From assembly GCF_009914755.1 (NCBI RefSeq), contig NC_060928.1: a DNA stretch of 64,000 nt. One strand, written 5' to 3'. The notes below the pieces were generated by a model. The model saw only the letters and a list, made by a program, of their open reading frames with translations. It was not told where the DNA came from and searched no databases. Below, one piece after another: positions 1-13,335 of the stretch. The stretch is from the human T2T-CHM13v2.0 reference genome, Homo sapiens. Made by a program: the position numbers and the translations under genes. Position 1 is the first letter of the stretch. Every line of letters begins with the position of its first letter.

Positions 1-580
1 ACACAGCACGCACAGGTCACACATACAGCCTCTTTCAGGGACGCTGAAGATGCTCAGAAAGAAAAAGCAAACACTGCAAACCAAGAGCCGAGAACAAGCG
101 TGGCATGAGCAGTGGACGGCCCTGGGCCCACCTGCCAGCACTTCCTGGGCTGCCGTTTCGAAACTGCTCGGAAGTGAAGAGCGACAGGAGCGAGGGTTCT
201 GTTCCACGTGCTGCCAGCAGGCCTGAGGCTCACAGTGAGAGTGGACGTGTGTCCAGCACACATGACAAAAATCTGACCCAGACACACGCCTGGGACAAAA
301 CCCCGCTTCGCTCCAGGAGCCTGGGTTTTCCTCCCTCTGCCTCCGTCCCTGCCCATGGGCCTCAGAAATTGCAGCCTGCGAGTCCTTCTCTGGTGTAGCT
401 GGTGGTGGTGTCCAACATCCACGACGGAGTTTCCAAAACCTCCTGCAGCCCAAGCTGCTCAGGGCCTGGGTGCAGCAGCAGGCGTGGGGCCCAGCCCTGC
501 CAGAGCTCAGCCAAAGGTGTCTCTCTCCACAGAGACACTCACCAGAACAGGGTTCACCTAATTCACCTGCGGGATCTTAC

Positions 581-774
581 CAAACTTAGACAGAATGTCT
601 TGCTGCTCCTCCCGGCTGGAAAACAGGATTTTGGGGTTCAGCCCCCTCATGCTCGAGTTCTCCCATGGTGGGGCTTCCCGGCTCGGCCTGTCCCTGGGCT
701 CCACCTCCACTTCCAGGTTCACTTGAAATAAATCCGGGTATTTTTCTTGAATGTCACACGCGTCCAGGTCATAC
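581..774 (-). CDS. GAK: GAK exon 19 (YDLDACDIQEKYPDLFQVNLEVEVE...DILSKF-G), 194 nt
   Basis: ccgcag|GTATGA ... AAGTTTG|gtaaga. Confidence 0.95.
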
Positions 775-1460
775 CTGCGGTTACAAGTAGACACCACTTA
801 GGAAGGCCACCCAAGTAGTCTGTAAGTCCTTGGACATTCACTAAAGAAACGTGCATGGAAACAGGTGGCAGCTGCAGGCAGCGGGGCGAGAACAACCAGG
901 GCAGCCGGCCACCCCCGCCTGCGGAAGCTGGAGCCCTGTGAGCTGACCCAGCAGCTGTCCCAGGAACCCACAGGGCACCAGCACCCCCGGTCACGGCCCC
1001 AGAAGAGCATCATTTCACTCGCTCCTCGGACGTCACAGTGGGGATGCCCGCGACTGTGTTCAAGGCAGAGGGGCACCGGGCGGGGCCGCCATGTTTCCTG
1101 CAACTCCAGGGGAGGCCACGTGCTCAGAGCAGACGGGACAACATCCCACAGCTGGAGACTCCGGCACCCAGGCAGGCAGCTCTGAGGTGGGACCCCAGGG
1201 TTCCAAGGCAGGCGCTGGCCCTCACTACCCAGCACACACAGACTGCAGCCACCCGGCAGCTCAGAGCATGCACTCTGGGATACTAAATGTGTTTTCCATA
1301 AAAATGACGACGTCCGCCCTGACAAAAATCCACAACTGTCAACAGATGCCCATAAAACCAAGACCTCTAGAATCCGGCTGCCAGGGAATTGGGAACATGA
1401 TTCCGGGGGAAACAAAGCTGTGTTCACTGTGGGGCTGGGGAGGCAGCCCAGGCTGAGCTG

Positions 1461-1620
1461 TGGGGAGCAGGGCAGAGGTCAGCAGGGCCTGCCTTGGGGT
1501 GTCGGCCGTGCGGGTGGGGAGCAGGGCAGGGGTCAGCAGGGCCCACCTTGGGGTGTCGGCCATGTGGGTGGGGAGCAGGGGCAGGGGTCAGCAGGGCCCG
1601 CCTTGGGGTGTTGGCCGCAC
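1461..1620. repeat. Minisatellite, ~54-bp unit x3
   Basis: ggggagcagggcaggggtcagcagggcc..ccttggggtgtcggcc repeated. Confidence 0.85.
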
Positions 1621-2787
1621 GGGGAGGCAGGTGTGACCTGACACTGACCATTTCCCAGCCCCACAGCTCTCTAAGGAATTCCAGGCTATTTCACACATTT
1701 CCTATGATCATCTCTGATCCCACTGTCATAAACTGCACTGATAAGCCTGGGCTCTCCAGCGGGCAGCAGGCTCCCCATGCCTGTCTTATTTTACGCCACC
1801 TAAAATCTCTACATGTTGAATGTTATACACCTAAGAAAATAAAGAAGAAACGCAAAAGAGTGGCGGCCAGTTCCTGGGAAACCCAGGCTGCCAGTGTCTG
1901 CAGGGCCAGGAACACCCAGAGCAGAGTGGGATCCGCCGAGGGAGGGCAGGGAGACGGGCCCGGCGGCCTGTGTGGGTCAGAGCCACGGCTGGTTTTAACT
2001 GTCACTTCTCTGAGCTCCACACATGCCTGTGATGTGTGAAAGGCCTCTAGTTCACCCCTTCCTGCTCACCCTCTAAAACATCCTCTCCCTGCACGAGGGG
2101 AGAGCACCCTGTGCCCGCCCTGAGGGGTGGCCAACCTCACGCAGAGCAGCGCCCCCTCAATGCCCACTCAAGGCTCTGGGCGGAGGTGGCCACGGCCGAA
2201 GCCGGGACTGATGTGCACTCCAGCCGGGGCCAACACGAGCTTCCCCCTGCGCCCGAGCCTCTTTGCGTGCCGCTGTCTGTCGTCAGGGGTGGCAGGGACT
2301 GCACAGCGGTGGCACAGCTGGCGTGGAGATGTGGAGGAGGCAACGTCTGCAGAGGAGCCTGCAGGCACCAGCAGAGAATCCGACGGCCACCGCAGCGGAG
2401 GCTCAGACCGGCCACGACCGAGGGCGGAGAGGCACAGTGGGAGGGGCACGGAGGGAGGGAGTGTGCAGGGAGCCAGGTCGGCCAGACGGGCTTGGGTCCT
2501 GGGACAGACCGAACTTGGGCAGCCCCAGAGGGAGTGCCGCTCATGCCCAGCCTCCCTCCCCCAGCTGCCCCTTGAGATGGCCCTGGGCACTGGGCCTGCA
2601 GGCTCGGCTCACCCAGCCTGGCGCTGAGGGCACAATGAGGTCTGTGAGCAGGGCTGGCCACTCCCGAGAGCCCTGGACTGCAGAGGACACTGCCCGCAGG
2701 CTCCTGCCAGACTAGCTCCAACAGGGCAGAGCGGACTCCTGACAGGCTCAGCTGTTACATCTGTGCCATGGCTGCAACCCTGTGCTC

Positions 2788-2929
2788 CTCTCGCCCAGGC
2801 ACGGCGCAGGCTCACCACGCAGGGAACACGCCTCTCGCCCAGGCACGGCGCAGGCTCACCACGCAGGGAACACGCCTCTCGCCCAGGCACGGCGCAGGCT
2901 CACCACGCAGGGAACACGCCTCTCGCCCA
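2788..2929. repeat. Minisatellite, 44-bp unit x3.2, followed by a minus-strand Alu fragment (to ~3015)
   Basis: ctctcgcccaggcacggcgcaggctcaccacgcagggaacacgc at 2788, 2832 and 2876. Confidence 0.9.
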
Positions 2930-3019
2930 CAGCGCAGCCTTGATCTCGCAGGTTCAAGCAATCCTCCTGCCTCCCAAAGTGTTGGAATTACAGCTGTAAG
3001 CCACTGTGCGCAACCAACC

Positions 3020-4960
3020 TTTCTTCCTTTTAATGTATGCATTTGAAGTTACACATTTCCTCTAAACCCTGCTTCAGATGCACCCCACACATCTGGTAAG
3101 TGGTATTTTGATTATCAATGTGTTTAAAATATTTTCTCATTTCAACAGTGATTTCCTTTTTGGCACACAGGTCACTTAACGAGCATACGGTCTCTGGGTG
3201 TTTTCCTGTCACTGATTCCCACTTTAATCCACTGTTGAGATGCCTTGAGACTTGCTGTATGACCCAACGTGGAGTCCACTTTAATAAACGCCCACTTGAA
3301 CAGATGCCATTTCTCCAAGTATTCGCTGAAGTTTGCAAAACTCAGGTCAAGTTGGTTAAACCTTGTAAAAAAAAAAAACTATATCCTGTTCTTGTCTACC
3401 TGTTCCACTGCCTGGGGAGAGAGGCGGCCATCAGCGTGGGCCTGTCAACTTCACCCCTCCTTCTGCCCTTTGTGCTGCCTGTACTGAAGCCATGTCACTG
3501 CCCTCGCCCCTGCAACGTCACCCGTCACCTCCTGCCTTGGTCTATCCCACCTGATATGGACAGTGACACCAGCCTTCTTCCTGTTATGGTCTGCATAGTA
3601 AGCAATTTCCAATTATTCCACTTCAGCCTTGCTAGGTCTTCGTGTGCAAGGGTTTTGAAGTATGGCTCCTGTAAGCAGTATAGACTTGAGTTTTGTGTGA
3701 GCTTGGTTTTTAATCCAGCCCGATTAACTGGAGTGTGTCTTCTATCCACCTTCAATGGGATGACTGACAGGCACAGCAGGGCGTCGGTCTACCAGCTGGC
3801 TGTTTTCTATCTATATCCCACCTGGGTTTGTTTGTTTATCTCTACGTTGTTCTGGCGAATTCATCACATATTTTTTGTTCCATTTTTCTTCTTGATTGCA
3901 TCTTTAATCTGCCCTAGGGATTGGTACATTCTCTGCTTCCTGGTGACGGAGCTCCTGAAACACATTCACTCGGTTAATCCCCTCCTCGGCTGTGTGTGTG
4001 TGTGCGCGCTGGTGCTTGTGTGTGTGTACATGCACACGTGTGTTGGTGCTCCTGCTGTCTGTGTGTGCGCACGCGCTGGTGCTCCTGCTGTCAGATATGT
4101 TACTACCAAACAGGTTTTAAAACCCACAGGACGTTAGTATTGGTGTTTTAAGCAGCTGGTGCTGGTGTCATTTCACCACAGAGTCATGCATTCCAGCCTC
4201 CCTGCCCTTCCTTCCCTAGGCTGCAGGCTTTGCAGGCTTGCCTTGGATACTTGCTGAAATGGAGCAGTTCTGCCAACAATCAACTCTCTCATCCTTTGCT
4301 TGGCTGAAGACATCCTTAACTGGCTTTCATATTTCAAGGATAATTTCACTGGATATAGAATTCCCGTATTTTTCTCTCAGCACTTTAGAGACGGCGCGCC
4401 TCAGCTGCCTTCGGGTGTCACTCTGCAGGTCATGCATTCCCACCCCGTCCTGTCCTCGGGCTGGAGATTGTTCTCTTCGGGTTCCAGCAATTCAACCAGG
4501 ATGCTCTGAAGTACTGAACCTCTTTTCTTCTTTTTGTTAAAAAAAAAAAAAAGTATCCTCTTTGGCGTCTGCAGAGCTTGATTTCGTGGTTCTGACGTCC
4601 TCCATCAGTTTAGGAAAATTTTTGGCCAATGATTTTTCAAGTATTATTTCTGTTCCACTCTCTCTCTTCTCCTAGAACTTCAAGTAAAAGCATGCCAGGC
4701 CCCTGCAGTGCCACAGTCTCTCTCGTGACCCTCTCTGAACGTGTCTTCTTCCATCCTTTCTTCTCTGCGCTGCTGTCAGAAGATCTTTTCTACCAATTCA
4801 GAGTCTGTTCTGCTGTGCCTATTCCACTGTTAATCATGTACTGAAGCCTTCATTTCGGCTGTAATATTTTTCAGTTCTAGAATTCACATCTGTCTCCTTT
4901 TTATGTTCCAGATCTCTGGTGAAATTCCCATCATTCCCCCGACTTTCTTGAATAATCAAT
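3020..4960 (-). mobile_element. Degenerate old LINE-1 fragments (boundaries approximate)
   Basis: T-rich, lower-GC L1-like antisense sequence, with an internal (TG)n tract at ~3990-4075. Confidence 0.55.
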
Positions 4961-5571
4961 CAGTTACCAAAGTCCCTGCCTCCTGCCTCCAGCATTTAAG
5001 TCCCCGACAGGTCCTTCACCGACATTTTCCTCTTCATCATCAGTACCTTGGTCTTTAAAACACTATTTTAAGCACCGCCTCCACCGTGGCTGAAAACTCT
5101 AAGAGCACTGGGTGTTTTTCTTCCTCCAAAGGAGGAAAAAAGAAACAAAATTATTAAAGTTGCGAATATGTGAGTTAAAAAAAGAAAAGCGTAAGACACA
5201 ACAAAGACAAGAGATGTAAAAAAAGAATCACAGAGACAGAAAAACACAAGAAGACACCCCGGTCTCCCGGTGCAGGCCGTCCCTGACAGCAGCAGGCGCC
5301 AGCTCTTCCTGAGCTCACCCAGGCCAGGCCAGCACCCCTCCCAAGGTGCAGAGTCCGCCAGCATCCCCGTGGGGCTGGCCCAAGGCTTCCCTTTGTTTAC
5401 TGGGTAGGAACCAAGAGCACAGAGCCTGGAACACAGCAGGCCCTGCAGCCACAGCCTCTGTCTTGGGAGCCCCCGTGGGTGCCCCCTCTGACTCCTGGAA
5501 CAATGTTTGTTCCACTGTGTCTTGGCAGATAAGCCTGCCTGTGATTGAGTAGAAAGATCTCCAGTTAAATG

Positions 5572-5820
5572 GGAGGCCGAGGCAGGTGGATCACTTGAGG
5601 TCAGGAATTCAAGACCAGCCTGGCCAACATAGTGAAACCCATCTCTACTAAAAATACAAAACTTAGCCATGCGTGGTGGTGCAGATCTGTAATCCCAGCT
5701 ACTCAGGAGGCTGAGGCGAGAGAATCGCTTGAGCCTGGTGGGTGGAGTTGCAGTGAGCCGAGATTGCGCCATTGCACTCCGGCCTGGGCGTTAGAGCGAG
5801 ACTCTGTCTCAAAAAAAAAG
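5572..5820 (+). mobile_element. Alu (5'-truncated)
   Basis: gggaggccgaggcaggtggatcac...actctgtctc plus A tail. Confidence 0.92.
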
Positions 5821-6401
5821 ACAGACCTCCAGTTAGAATCAGGACGCCCGGGTGTGAGAGCCTGCTCTGCTGCTCACCGCATCTGCACCTGAGCCTGCAG
5901 AGGGCAGGGTATGCGCTGTTGGGCACCAACGTCAAGAGGACAGAGAGCTAACAGGTGCTGGGCATGGCAGGGGTGGGGGCCATCCCGTGGCTGCGCTTGT
6001 TTACAGAGGGAGCTAACAACAGAGTGTGAGCTTCCAGACAGGACTGCCCCGTATCATCTCCAGCCTCCGCCTGGCAGGGCACTCTGCACACAGCAGGCTC
6101 AGGAACGTTTGCTAAGATGCAGCCACCACCCGCTCACCTGCTTACGCCACGCCCGGGTGTGAGGGCTAAATTCTAACAGACACACACACCAACGGGGGGG
6201 CAGAGAGCAGCAGCCACCGGGTCCACCCCAGCAGCCTACACACGCGCAGCTCCAGGATGGCCCAGGAACAGGCCCAGAGCCACCAAGCAGCAGTCACACA
6301 GCCCGCCACTCCCCCTGGGGCTCCCACGACCGGCCCACATGCAGGTGCTGCGGCACAGGGCACCTGTCCCTCCCCACCGAGCACAAGCGGTACCAACGTA
6401 C

Positions 6402-6481
6402 TTGGCAAATTTCACAGTGGTGGCGTTCCGAGGCACAAACCCCGTGTGGAACTGAATCTGGAACATCTTCATGGATGCCAT
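6402..6481 (-). CDS. GAK: GAK exon 18 (MASMKMFQIQFHTGFVPRNATTVKFA-K), 80 nt
   Basis: ttgcag|ATGGCA ... GCCAA|gtacgt. Confidence 0.95.
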
Positions 6482-6961
6482 CTGCAAAGAGAGCAAACAC
6501 GACACCCCACGTGGAGGGTGAATCCAGATCCTGGGGCCACAGGCCAATTTTTCCCAATGGGCGAGATCTGAGAGCGGCTCATGGTGCTGGAGGCATGGAC
6601 GGCGCCCCCGTGCCACATGTTGTGGGGGAAGCGGGAGAGGGTCTGTGTGTGGCAGGTAACCCTGAGGAGAACGCATGGGCCCACAAGCTGCTTCACGGGA
6701 CTGCCGTGGGGGCTGCCCCAAGTGGACCCTCAAACTCAGTCTCGATGGAAACGCCAGGCTTTTCAGGTTGAGATCCTGCCGCGTCAAGTGCACGGGGCAA
6801 GCAGGGGGCGCTGTGGGGCAGTCGCCACATGAGAGCCCACGGCACTCACCAAACAGCGAGCACCCTGGACCCTCGGTGAGAAGTGAGCGCACTGTGGCCC
6901 CCAGCCCCCCATGAGCCTAGGCGTGAGTGGGGAGCACCGGGCAAGCCACAGGCTCTCTCAC

Positions 6962-7079
6962 CTTGGCCTGCAGCCGGCCGCCCAGAGTGGACCGGGCGTG
7001 ATAGATGACGATGAGCACGTCTCCTTGCACCGTGACGCCCAGGGGAATCACCGCTTTGCCATCTTCAATCTTAAAGTCC
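6962..7079 (-). CDS. GAK: GAK exon 17 (DFKIEDGKAVIPLG...GGRLQAK), 118 nt
   Basis: ccttag|GGACTT ... GCCAAG|gtgaga. Confidence 0.95.
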
Positions 7080-7231
7080 CTAAGGACAGAATGACAAGAG
7101 AAAAATTTAAAAAACCCCCAAAACCAACCAAACAAAAACAACAAAAAACAGAATGAGAAATTGTCCACTTAGCTAAAATGTGTAATAACCAATAAAGAAT
7201 AACCCCCATGAAGAGCCTCACAAGAATTCTA

Positions 7232-7345
7232 AAGTCTCCTGGGCACTCGGATCCCTGTGACCTCCTGCTGCTGACCAGGATCCCATTCTCAAGTCTCCTG
7301 GACACTCGGATCCCTGTGACCTCCTGCTGCTGACCAGGATCCCAA
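7232..7345. repeat. Tandem duplication, ~59 bp x2, in intron 16
   Basis: aagtctcctgg.cactcggatccctgtgacctcctgctgctgaccaggatccca twice. Confidence 0.85.
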
Positions 7346-7486
7346 GTGACCTGCCACAGACGCCACAGTTCCAAACACGTCCGCCTCAGCAAGCGCCTGT
7401 CCCCGGCAAGGCCAGGGTTCCTCTTTAACGGTTTTCCGGAGGGGTGAGGAGGAGGGAGCACAGCGTGGGGCTGCAGCTGCACTCAC

Positions 7487-7681
7487 CGCATCTTGTCGTA
7501 CTCCTGGGAGGTGCTGGCCACACGCTCGTCCCCCACGTAGACCTCGCAGAAGGGCCTGCAGCCGCTCCTCTGCTTGCTGAACAGCGGCACGGGTGTCATG
7601 ACCACGGCCCTCACCAGGATGGGCTTGCTGTGGGGTGTGATGGGCTCCTCCGCCACCATGTCACACATGTACTCGATGTAC
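7487..7681 (-). CDS. GAK: GAK exon 16 (YIEYMCDMVAEE...QEYDKM-R; C2 domain), 195 nt
   Basis: ccccag|GTACATC ... ATGCG|gtgagt. Confidence 0.95.
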
Positions 7682-7924
7682 CTGGGGGCAGACGTGCCGC
7701 GTCACCATGTGACGTGCCCTGAGAGGGGACCACACAGCTGATTTTGTCTTTCGAATAGGAGTTTTTCATGCTAGAAATTTCCCTTGTAGCAATGTTTTAG
7801 TTGCTCCTAACAAATCTGATGTTATAATTTTCATTTAGTTATATATATATGTGTGTGTGTGTATACATATATGTATTTTTAAGACAGAGTCTTAAAAATA
7901 CGCCCTAGTTGAAGATATTTTTAA

Positions 7925-8200
<276 letters not shown>

Positions 8201-9861
8201 TTTAGAGAGTTTTCCAGATATTCTTCTGGTATTGATTTCAATTTTTATTCCACTGTGGCCTGACAGCATAGTTTGTCTGATTTCAAATTTTAAAAATGTA
8301 TTGAGGTGTGTTTATAGCCCCAAATCTGATCTTTCTCCTTGCATATTCCATGTGCATTTGAAAGAAATAAATGTGTGTTTTTCTATTGTTGGGTGGAACG
8401 TCCTAGAACGCTCTACAGCTGTGTCAGCCTTCATGGGTTGGCACATTCGGTTCTTCTATATCCCTGCTGGTGGTCTGTCTACTTGTTCTACGGATTACTG
8501 AGACGAAAATATTGAGGTCTACCCTACAAATGAGTTGTCTGGTTCTCCTTTCAATTTGATCAGTTTTTGCCTGATGGATGTGGAATGGAATCTGTTTTCT
8601 CTGACCTTGGTAGCACAGCTCTGGCTTTCCCGTGGCTGGCGTTCCCGTGGTGCCTCTGTGGAGCATAAACCCCCCAGAGTCTGCCTCCCACCTCGTGGCA
8701 CCCATGCCCTGCAGGAGGCCCTCTCCCGGAGCTTGTGCGGGCCAGGCAGGTGACACCACTTCTATGGTGACGGTGCAGACCCCATCTTCCCAGCCACAGG
8801 ACACTGTGGCCCAGCTCAGTCAGCAGGGAGCCAGGACAGCCGGTCCTTCAGCCACAACAAATAAATCCTGCCAACAGCCCGAGTGGCCAAGGAAGCAGAT
8901 TCAGAAATGAAAGAGAAATCGGCTTTCTCAGAGTCAGTGCGGCCAACACCTTGAACGGAGGAGAGGGCCCAGCTAAGCCTCAAGGTCCAGGGAGACCACG
9001 AGAGAATGGATGTGTGTGGTTCTAAGCCCGAGTGTGTTGTGTCGGGTCATGTAGCAATGACTAGTACGCTCTTCCCCCACCATCCTGTTCTGAACCCACC
9101 TCTGCCTCTGTGCTGAAAGAGGACTTCCTGCAGTGTATGGCCGAGCTGTGCGTTTCTGTCCCATATGGCAATGCCTGTCTTTTAAACAAAACCACTCATG
9201 TTCAGCCTGAACACTGATGTGGCTGGATTAAAATCTACCATCTTGCTGGCTGTTTCCTACTTGTTTGATCTGTTCTTGGTTTCTTTTTTCTTCTTTTCGC
9301 CTTCTCTTGACAAGGTTTATGTTTTCCTTTTACTTCCTGTTGACTTCTTAATTACAGCACCGAAGAAAAACCCTTACTGTTTGTTCTAGGCTTTCTGACG
9401 AGAACCTTGCGGCTGACATCTTTCTTTTTGTACCTGATGCATCTTCTTCTGGCCACCTCCAACACTTCCTCTGTGCTCGGTTTGCAGGAGTTCTGACCGG
9501 TATGCACCCGAGTGGGTTTTCATGTGTTCATCTTGCTTTCATCCTGCTTGGTGACCTCTGAGCTTCTTGAACCTGTGGACTGGTATCTGTTACTCATTCT
9601 GGGAAATTCTCAGCCATGATTTCTTCACTGCTCCCGCTTCCCTCTTCCCTTTCTGGGCTCCACGTGTGTGTGCCCCTGCCTGAGGTGGAGGCAGCTCTTG
9701 GGTGCTTGTTCTACCCCACGCTTTCTCTCTGTGATTCAGTTTCAGTATCTCTCGACCTGGCTCCAAAGGCCACTGACTCAGCCTCAGCGATGTCGAAGGC
9801 GTTCTCATTTCGGGGATTTCCATTTGCTTATTTCCTGGCATTTCCACGGCTCTGAAGAGTG

Positions 9862-10228
9862 GCCCACTGGACCGCGCACCTGCCTGAGGGTCCTCTTTCC
9901 ACAGCTCTGACGAATGCCCCACTGGACCATGCACCCTGCATGAGGGTCCTCTTTCCACAGCTCTGACATGTGGACCACTGGACCACGCACCCTGCATGAG
10001 GGTCCTCTTTCCATGGCTCTGACATGTGGACCACTGGACCATGCACCCTGCATGAGGGTCCTCTCTCCACAGCTCTGACGAACGCCCCACTGGACCGTGC
10101 ACCCTGCATGAGGGTCCTCTCTCCACAGCTCTGACATGTGGATCACTGGACCACGCACCCTGCATGAGGGTCCTCTTTCCACGGCTCTGACGAATGCCCC
10201 ACTGGACCGTGCACTCTGCATGAGCGTC
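9862..10228. repeat. Minisatellite, ~56-57-bp unit x6.5
   Basis: ccactggacc..gcaccctgcatgagggtcctct.tccacagctctgac repeated. Confidence 0.92.
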
Positions 10229-11778
10229 CTCAGCACATCAATTAGTTACTTCAGTTTCCCCCAGAGTCACAGAGTGCAGCTCTTTCTCTCGTCTCCTCCA
10301 TCTGGAGGCAGAAGAAAGGGTCTCGGCCAGGTCTGGGCCTCCCTTATAGTAGCTGCGCCCCCTTGCCCGGCCCTCACTCTCCCATCTGTCCTGTGGGTGC
10401 CCAGAGACTGTGCCTTCCAGAGGGCAAGGACCCTTCCAGTCCTGCAACCCTGAAGGCTTCACTCGCCCACTGAGACACCTGGCCTCCACCGGTTGGACTC
10501 TTTCTGGCCTCCTTCTCTTCTGGGGTCCAGTTACGTCCACCCCAGACAGCACACACACACCTCCTCCCACAGGCACCTGACTCTCCTTAGATTCTGGGCC
10601 AGTGATGTGAAAAGGCCATGAACTTGAAGCTGGTCCAGCTAGCTGCCCGGTGGGAGCAGCACTCTGCACATCTCTCTGCTCCTCCAAGGAAGGAGCTGTG
10701 GGATTTGGGGGTCATGGAAGCCCAGCCACATGCCACAGGGAAAGAGACTCCCTGGTTCTCAGACGCCCCCTGCTGAACAGGCCCCACCGCACCTGGCCTG
10801 GGGGTGCCAATGGCTTTCAGCTCAATGTGTGGAGGGGCTCCCAACTTTGCACTCCTCTTGCCGGGGGTCACACAGAAGACAAAGCTGGATGGGGCGGCAA
10901 TGATCTCCTCCCCCCAAGGCTGTGAGCAAACGAGGTGGGGCCCTCCCTGGGGATCCACAGCAGCAGGAATGGCCTCCTGACCCTCGCCCCGTCCACAGGC
11001 TGTGCGCCCCATCCAGAGGGGATAAAGAATGGGGAGTCCCCTGACGCTTGGGTCCCTCCTCTTCCCTCCTGCCACGGTGGGGCCACGGGGCCGGCCTTTG
11101 CTCCTGGGCCCTAACCCTTGGGGCCTCTGTGGTCCAGGTCAAGACCTGCTCTTTCAGAGGCTAGGAGGCTGCTCCAGCCTCACCAGGTCCTCATGGAGAC
11201 CAAGGCCAGGGGAGGCTTTCTGCTGGGGTGGACTCCTCGGGCGTGGACACCTGCAGCCCCGAGAAACAGGGAGAGCCCTAAACACGCTGTGACCACACTC
11301 CCGTTTGAGAAACAGCCTCCTCCACACGGCCAGGGAGAGCCTGCTGCGCGCTGAGGTGGAGCGGCACAGAAGCCTGTATTTGGCAGGGCCCTAAACACGC
11401 TGTGACTGTACTCATGTCTGAGCAGCGTCAGGTGCTCCACACGGCACCTGTGTCAGGTGCTCCACACGGCATTTTCACGTGCATTATCCACCAGAGCCCA
11501 CCACATACATGGCATTTGTCAGAGAACCTAGGATCCATGCACAAGCTGGGCAGGTGCTGCCCCACAGCAGTCAGGACTACCGCGGCTGAGGGCCCATCCT
11601 CCCCGGGCTCTGCGGCCGTAAGCCCAGGGCTCAGCCATGGCTCCGCGAGGCCGGGCCTGCCTTTCCCACCAGCGCCTGCAGCGGCACCGACTGGCCCTCC
11701 AGGAGACACCACAGCGGGGGCGGCAGTGCCACACGGGCCCACAGAGCTGTCCCCTGTCCCCGGAGGGCCACGCAGTAC

Positions 11779-11912
11779 CTTTTGTGGGATGGCCAGATGC
11801 CTGGTGGGCAGCGCTTCATGCTGAACATGTACACGGCGGCCTCCGCGGTGCTGAAGAGACGGCAGAAGCACAGGAAGGAGCAGACGGCCACAGCAGACGC
11901 GGCTCTCCCGTC
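11779..11912 (-). CDS. GAK: GAK exon 15 (DGRAASAVAVCSFLC...GIWPSHK-R), 134 nt
   Basis: tcctag|GACGGG ... CAAAAG|gtactg. Confidence 0.95.
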
Positions 11913-12568
11913 CTAGGACAGACAGACACGTCTCGCGTGCGCCTCGCACTCATGCAGGACAAGGGCTCGCGGGGTCCTCGGGCATCCTACCCACCCTGTG
12001 GCTGCAGGGACGCAGGGCTGTTCCTCTCTGAAGCTGGGATATGTTTAGGGAGCTACATAACGTGCCTGCCGAGGCAAGAATGGAGCCCAACAGAGACTGA
12101 AGGTTCCCTAACGAAGAACAGGGCTAGGGCCACTCCAACAGGCTCTGCTGGTGCCCCGTACCCCGCAAAAGACCCCTCATGGAAACCTCAACTCCATCAC
12201 CCACAGTGGCAGCTGCCACACCCTGGGAGGCTCAAGCACCACTAAGCCTCGAGCTGTAGATCGGGAAACTGGAAGTGACTCTTAGGTGGCCACCGAGCAG
12301 GAGGGGAGGTGGGCTCCCCACACAGCGGAGTGGCCTCCACACGGGCATGCAGGTCAAGGCCAGGAAGGGCCACATGGGGAGGGAAGGGCGGGGCCATCTG
12401 TCATCTGTCCCCTCCAGACCCAAAGACACCAAGCACAGGGACTTTCTTCCGTGTCCCAGGGTGAAGAACAGGCCCCAGCTCATGACTGGCGCTCAGATCC
12501 TGTTGAACTATGCATGAAATAATGAACTTTGACAGAAGACGGCGCCAGCCCACGGCCCTCGAGCTCAC

Positions 12569-12691
12569 CATGCAGTGCACGACGCAGACGTTCTTGTGGT
12601 CCTGCCGCAGCCAGGCGTGCATGTTCCTGCAGATGTTGTACAGGGTGTGCAGGTGTGGGGCCCGCCGTGCTGCCCAGCCACACTCGGAGAC
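12569..12691 (-). CDS. GAK: GAK exon 14 (VSECGWAARRAPHL...NVCVVHCM), 123 nt
   Basis: ccacag|GTCTCC ... TGCATG|gtgagc. Confidence 0.95.
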
Positions 12692-13186
12692 CTGTGGGGA
12701 CAGGGCACGGTGGCACGGACGGCAGAGGAGCCCCGCCCCAGCCTTGGTCAGCTAGGAGGGACAGCCTGCCTGCAGTGCGGGGGCCTCCGCCAGCTGGTGT
12801 CATGAACAGGCGTCCACCTGCGCGAGACCTGAGCACCAGGGCTGCCACTGGCCTTGCAGACAGAGCTCAGTCAGCTGTTCCTGGGCTTTGGGTCCCTTTG
12901 CATACTGACAAGTGTCGTGTCTGGAAGGAATGCCTCGGCCTCGAGCACCCTCTGGCTGGTGGGAAGCAGTGAGGAGCTGGGGCCTCCAGAGTTCCCGGCA
13001 AGCGGCATCCTCAGAGCAACAGAGACCCCACCTCGCCCCCTCCTGTCCCACGCTCTGCAGCCCCTCAGGAGACCTCCGGCCGCCCCCATCACAGCCCCAC
13101 CCTGGCCAAAGCCCTCAGCTATGCCCCTGCACTGGAGCGGAAGGAAGCTCCAGAGTGGCACCAAGACAAAGCCTGTGGCCACACAC

Positions 13187-13335
13187 CCGGTTGTGGAACC
13201 TGGAGGGCCGGTAGGTCCTCGGGGACAGGTTGTAGACGGCATAGTGCCCTGGGTGCTTGGAGTCCAGGAACAACCGCACATCTTCGATGTTGTTTTTGAG
13301 CGCTGACTCCACACCTTCTGCTGGGAATGACATCA
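13187..13335 (-). CDS. GAK: GAK exon 13 (VMSFPAEGVES...RPSRFHNR), 149 nt
   Basis: tttcag|TGATG ... AACCGG|gtgtgt. Confidence 0.95.

Noticed and set aside
3118-4137. 339-aa hydrophobic + strand ORF
   Set aside because: It is the antisense strand of degenerate L1-like sequence plus a TG repeat, with no recognisable domain.
5068-5892. ORFs with peptides such as [24 protein letters not shown] and RLECSG (many across the window)
   Set aside because: These are well-known Alu translation artefacts.
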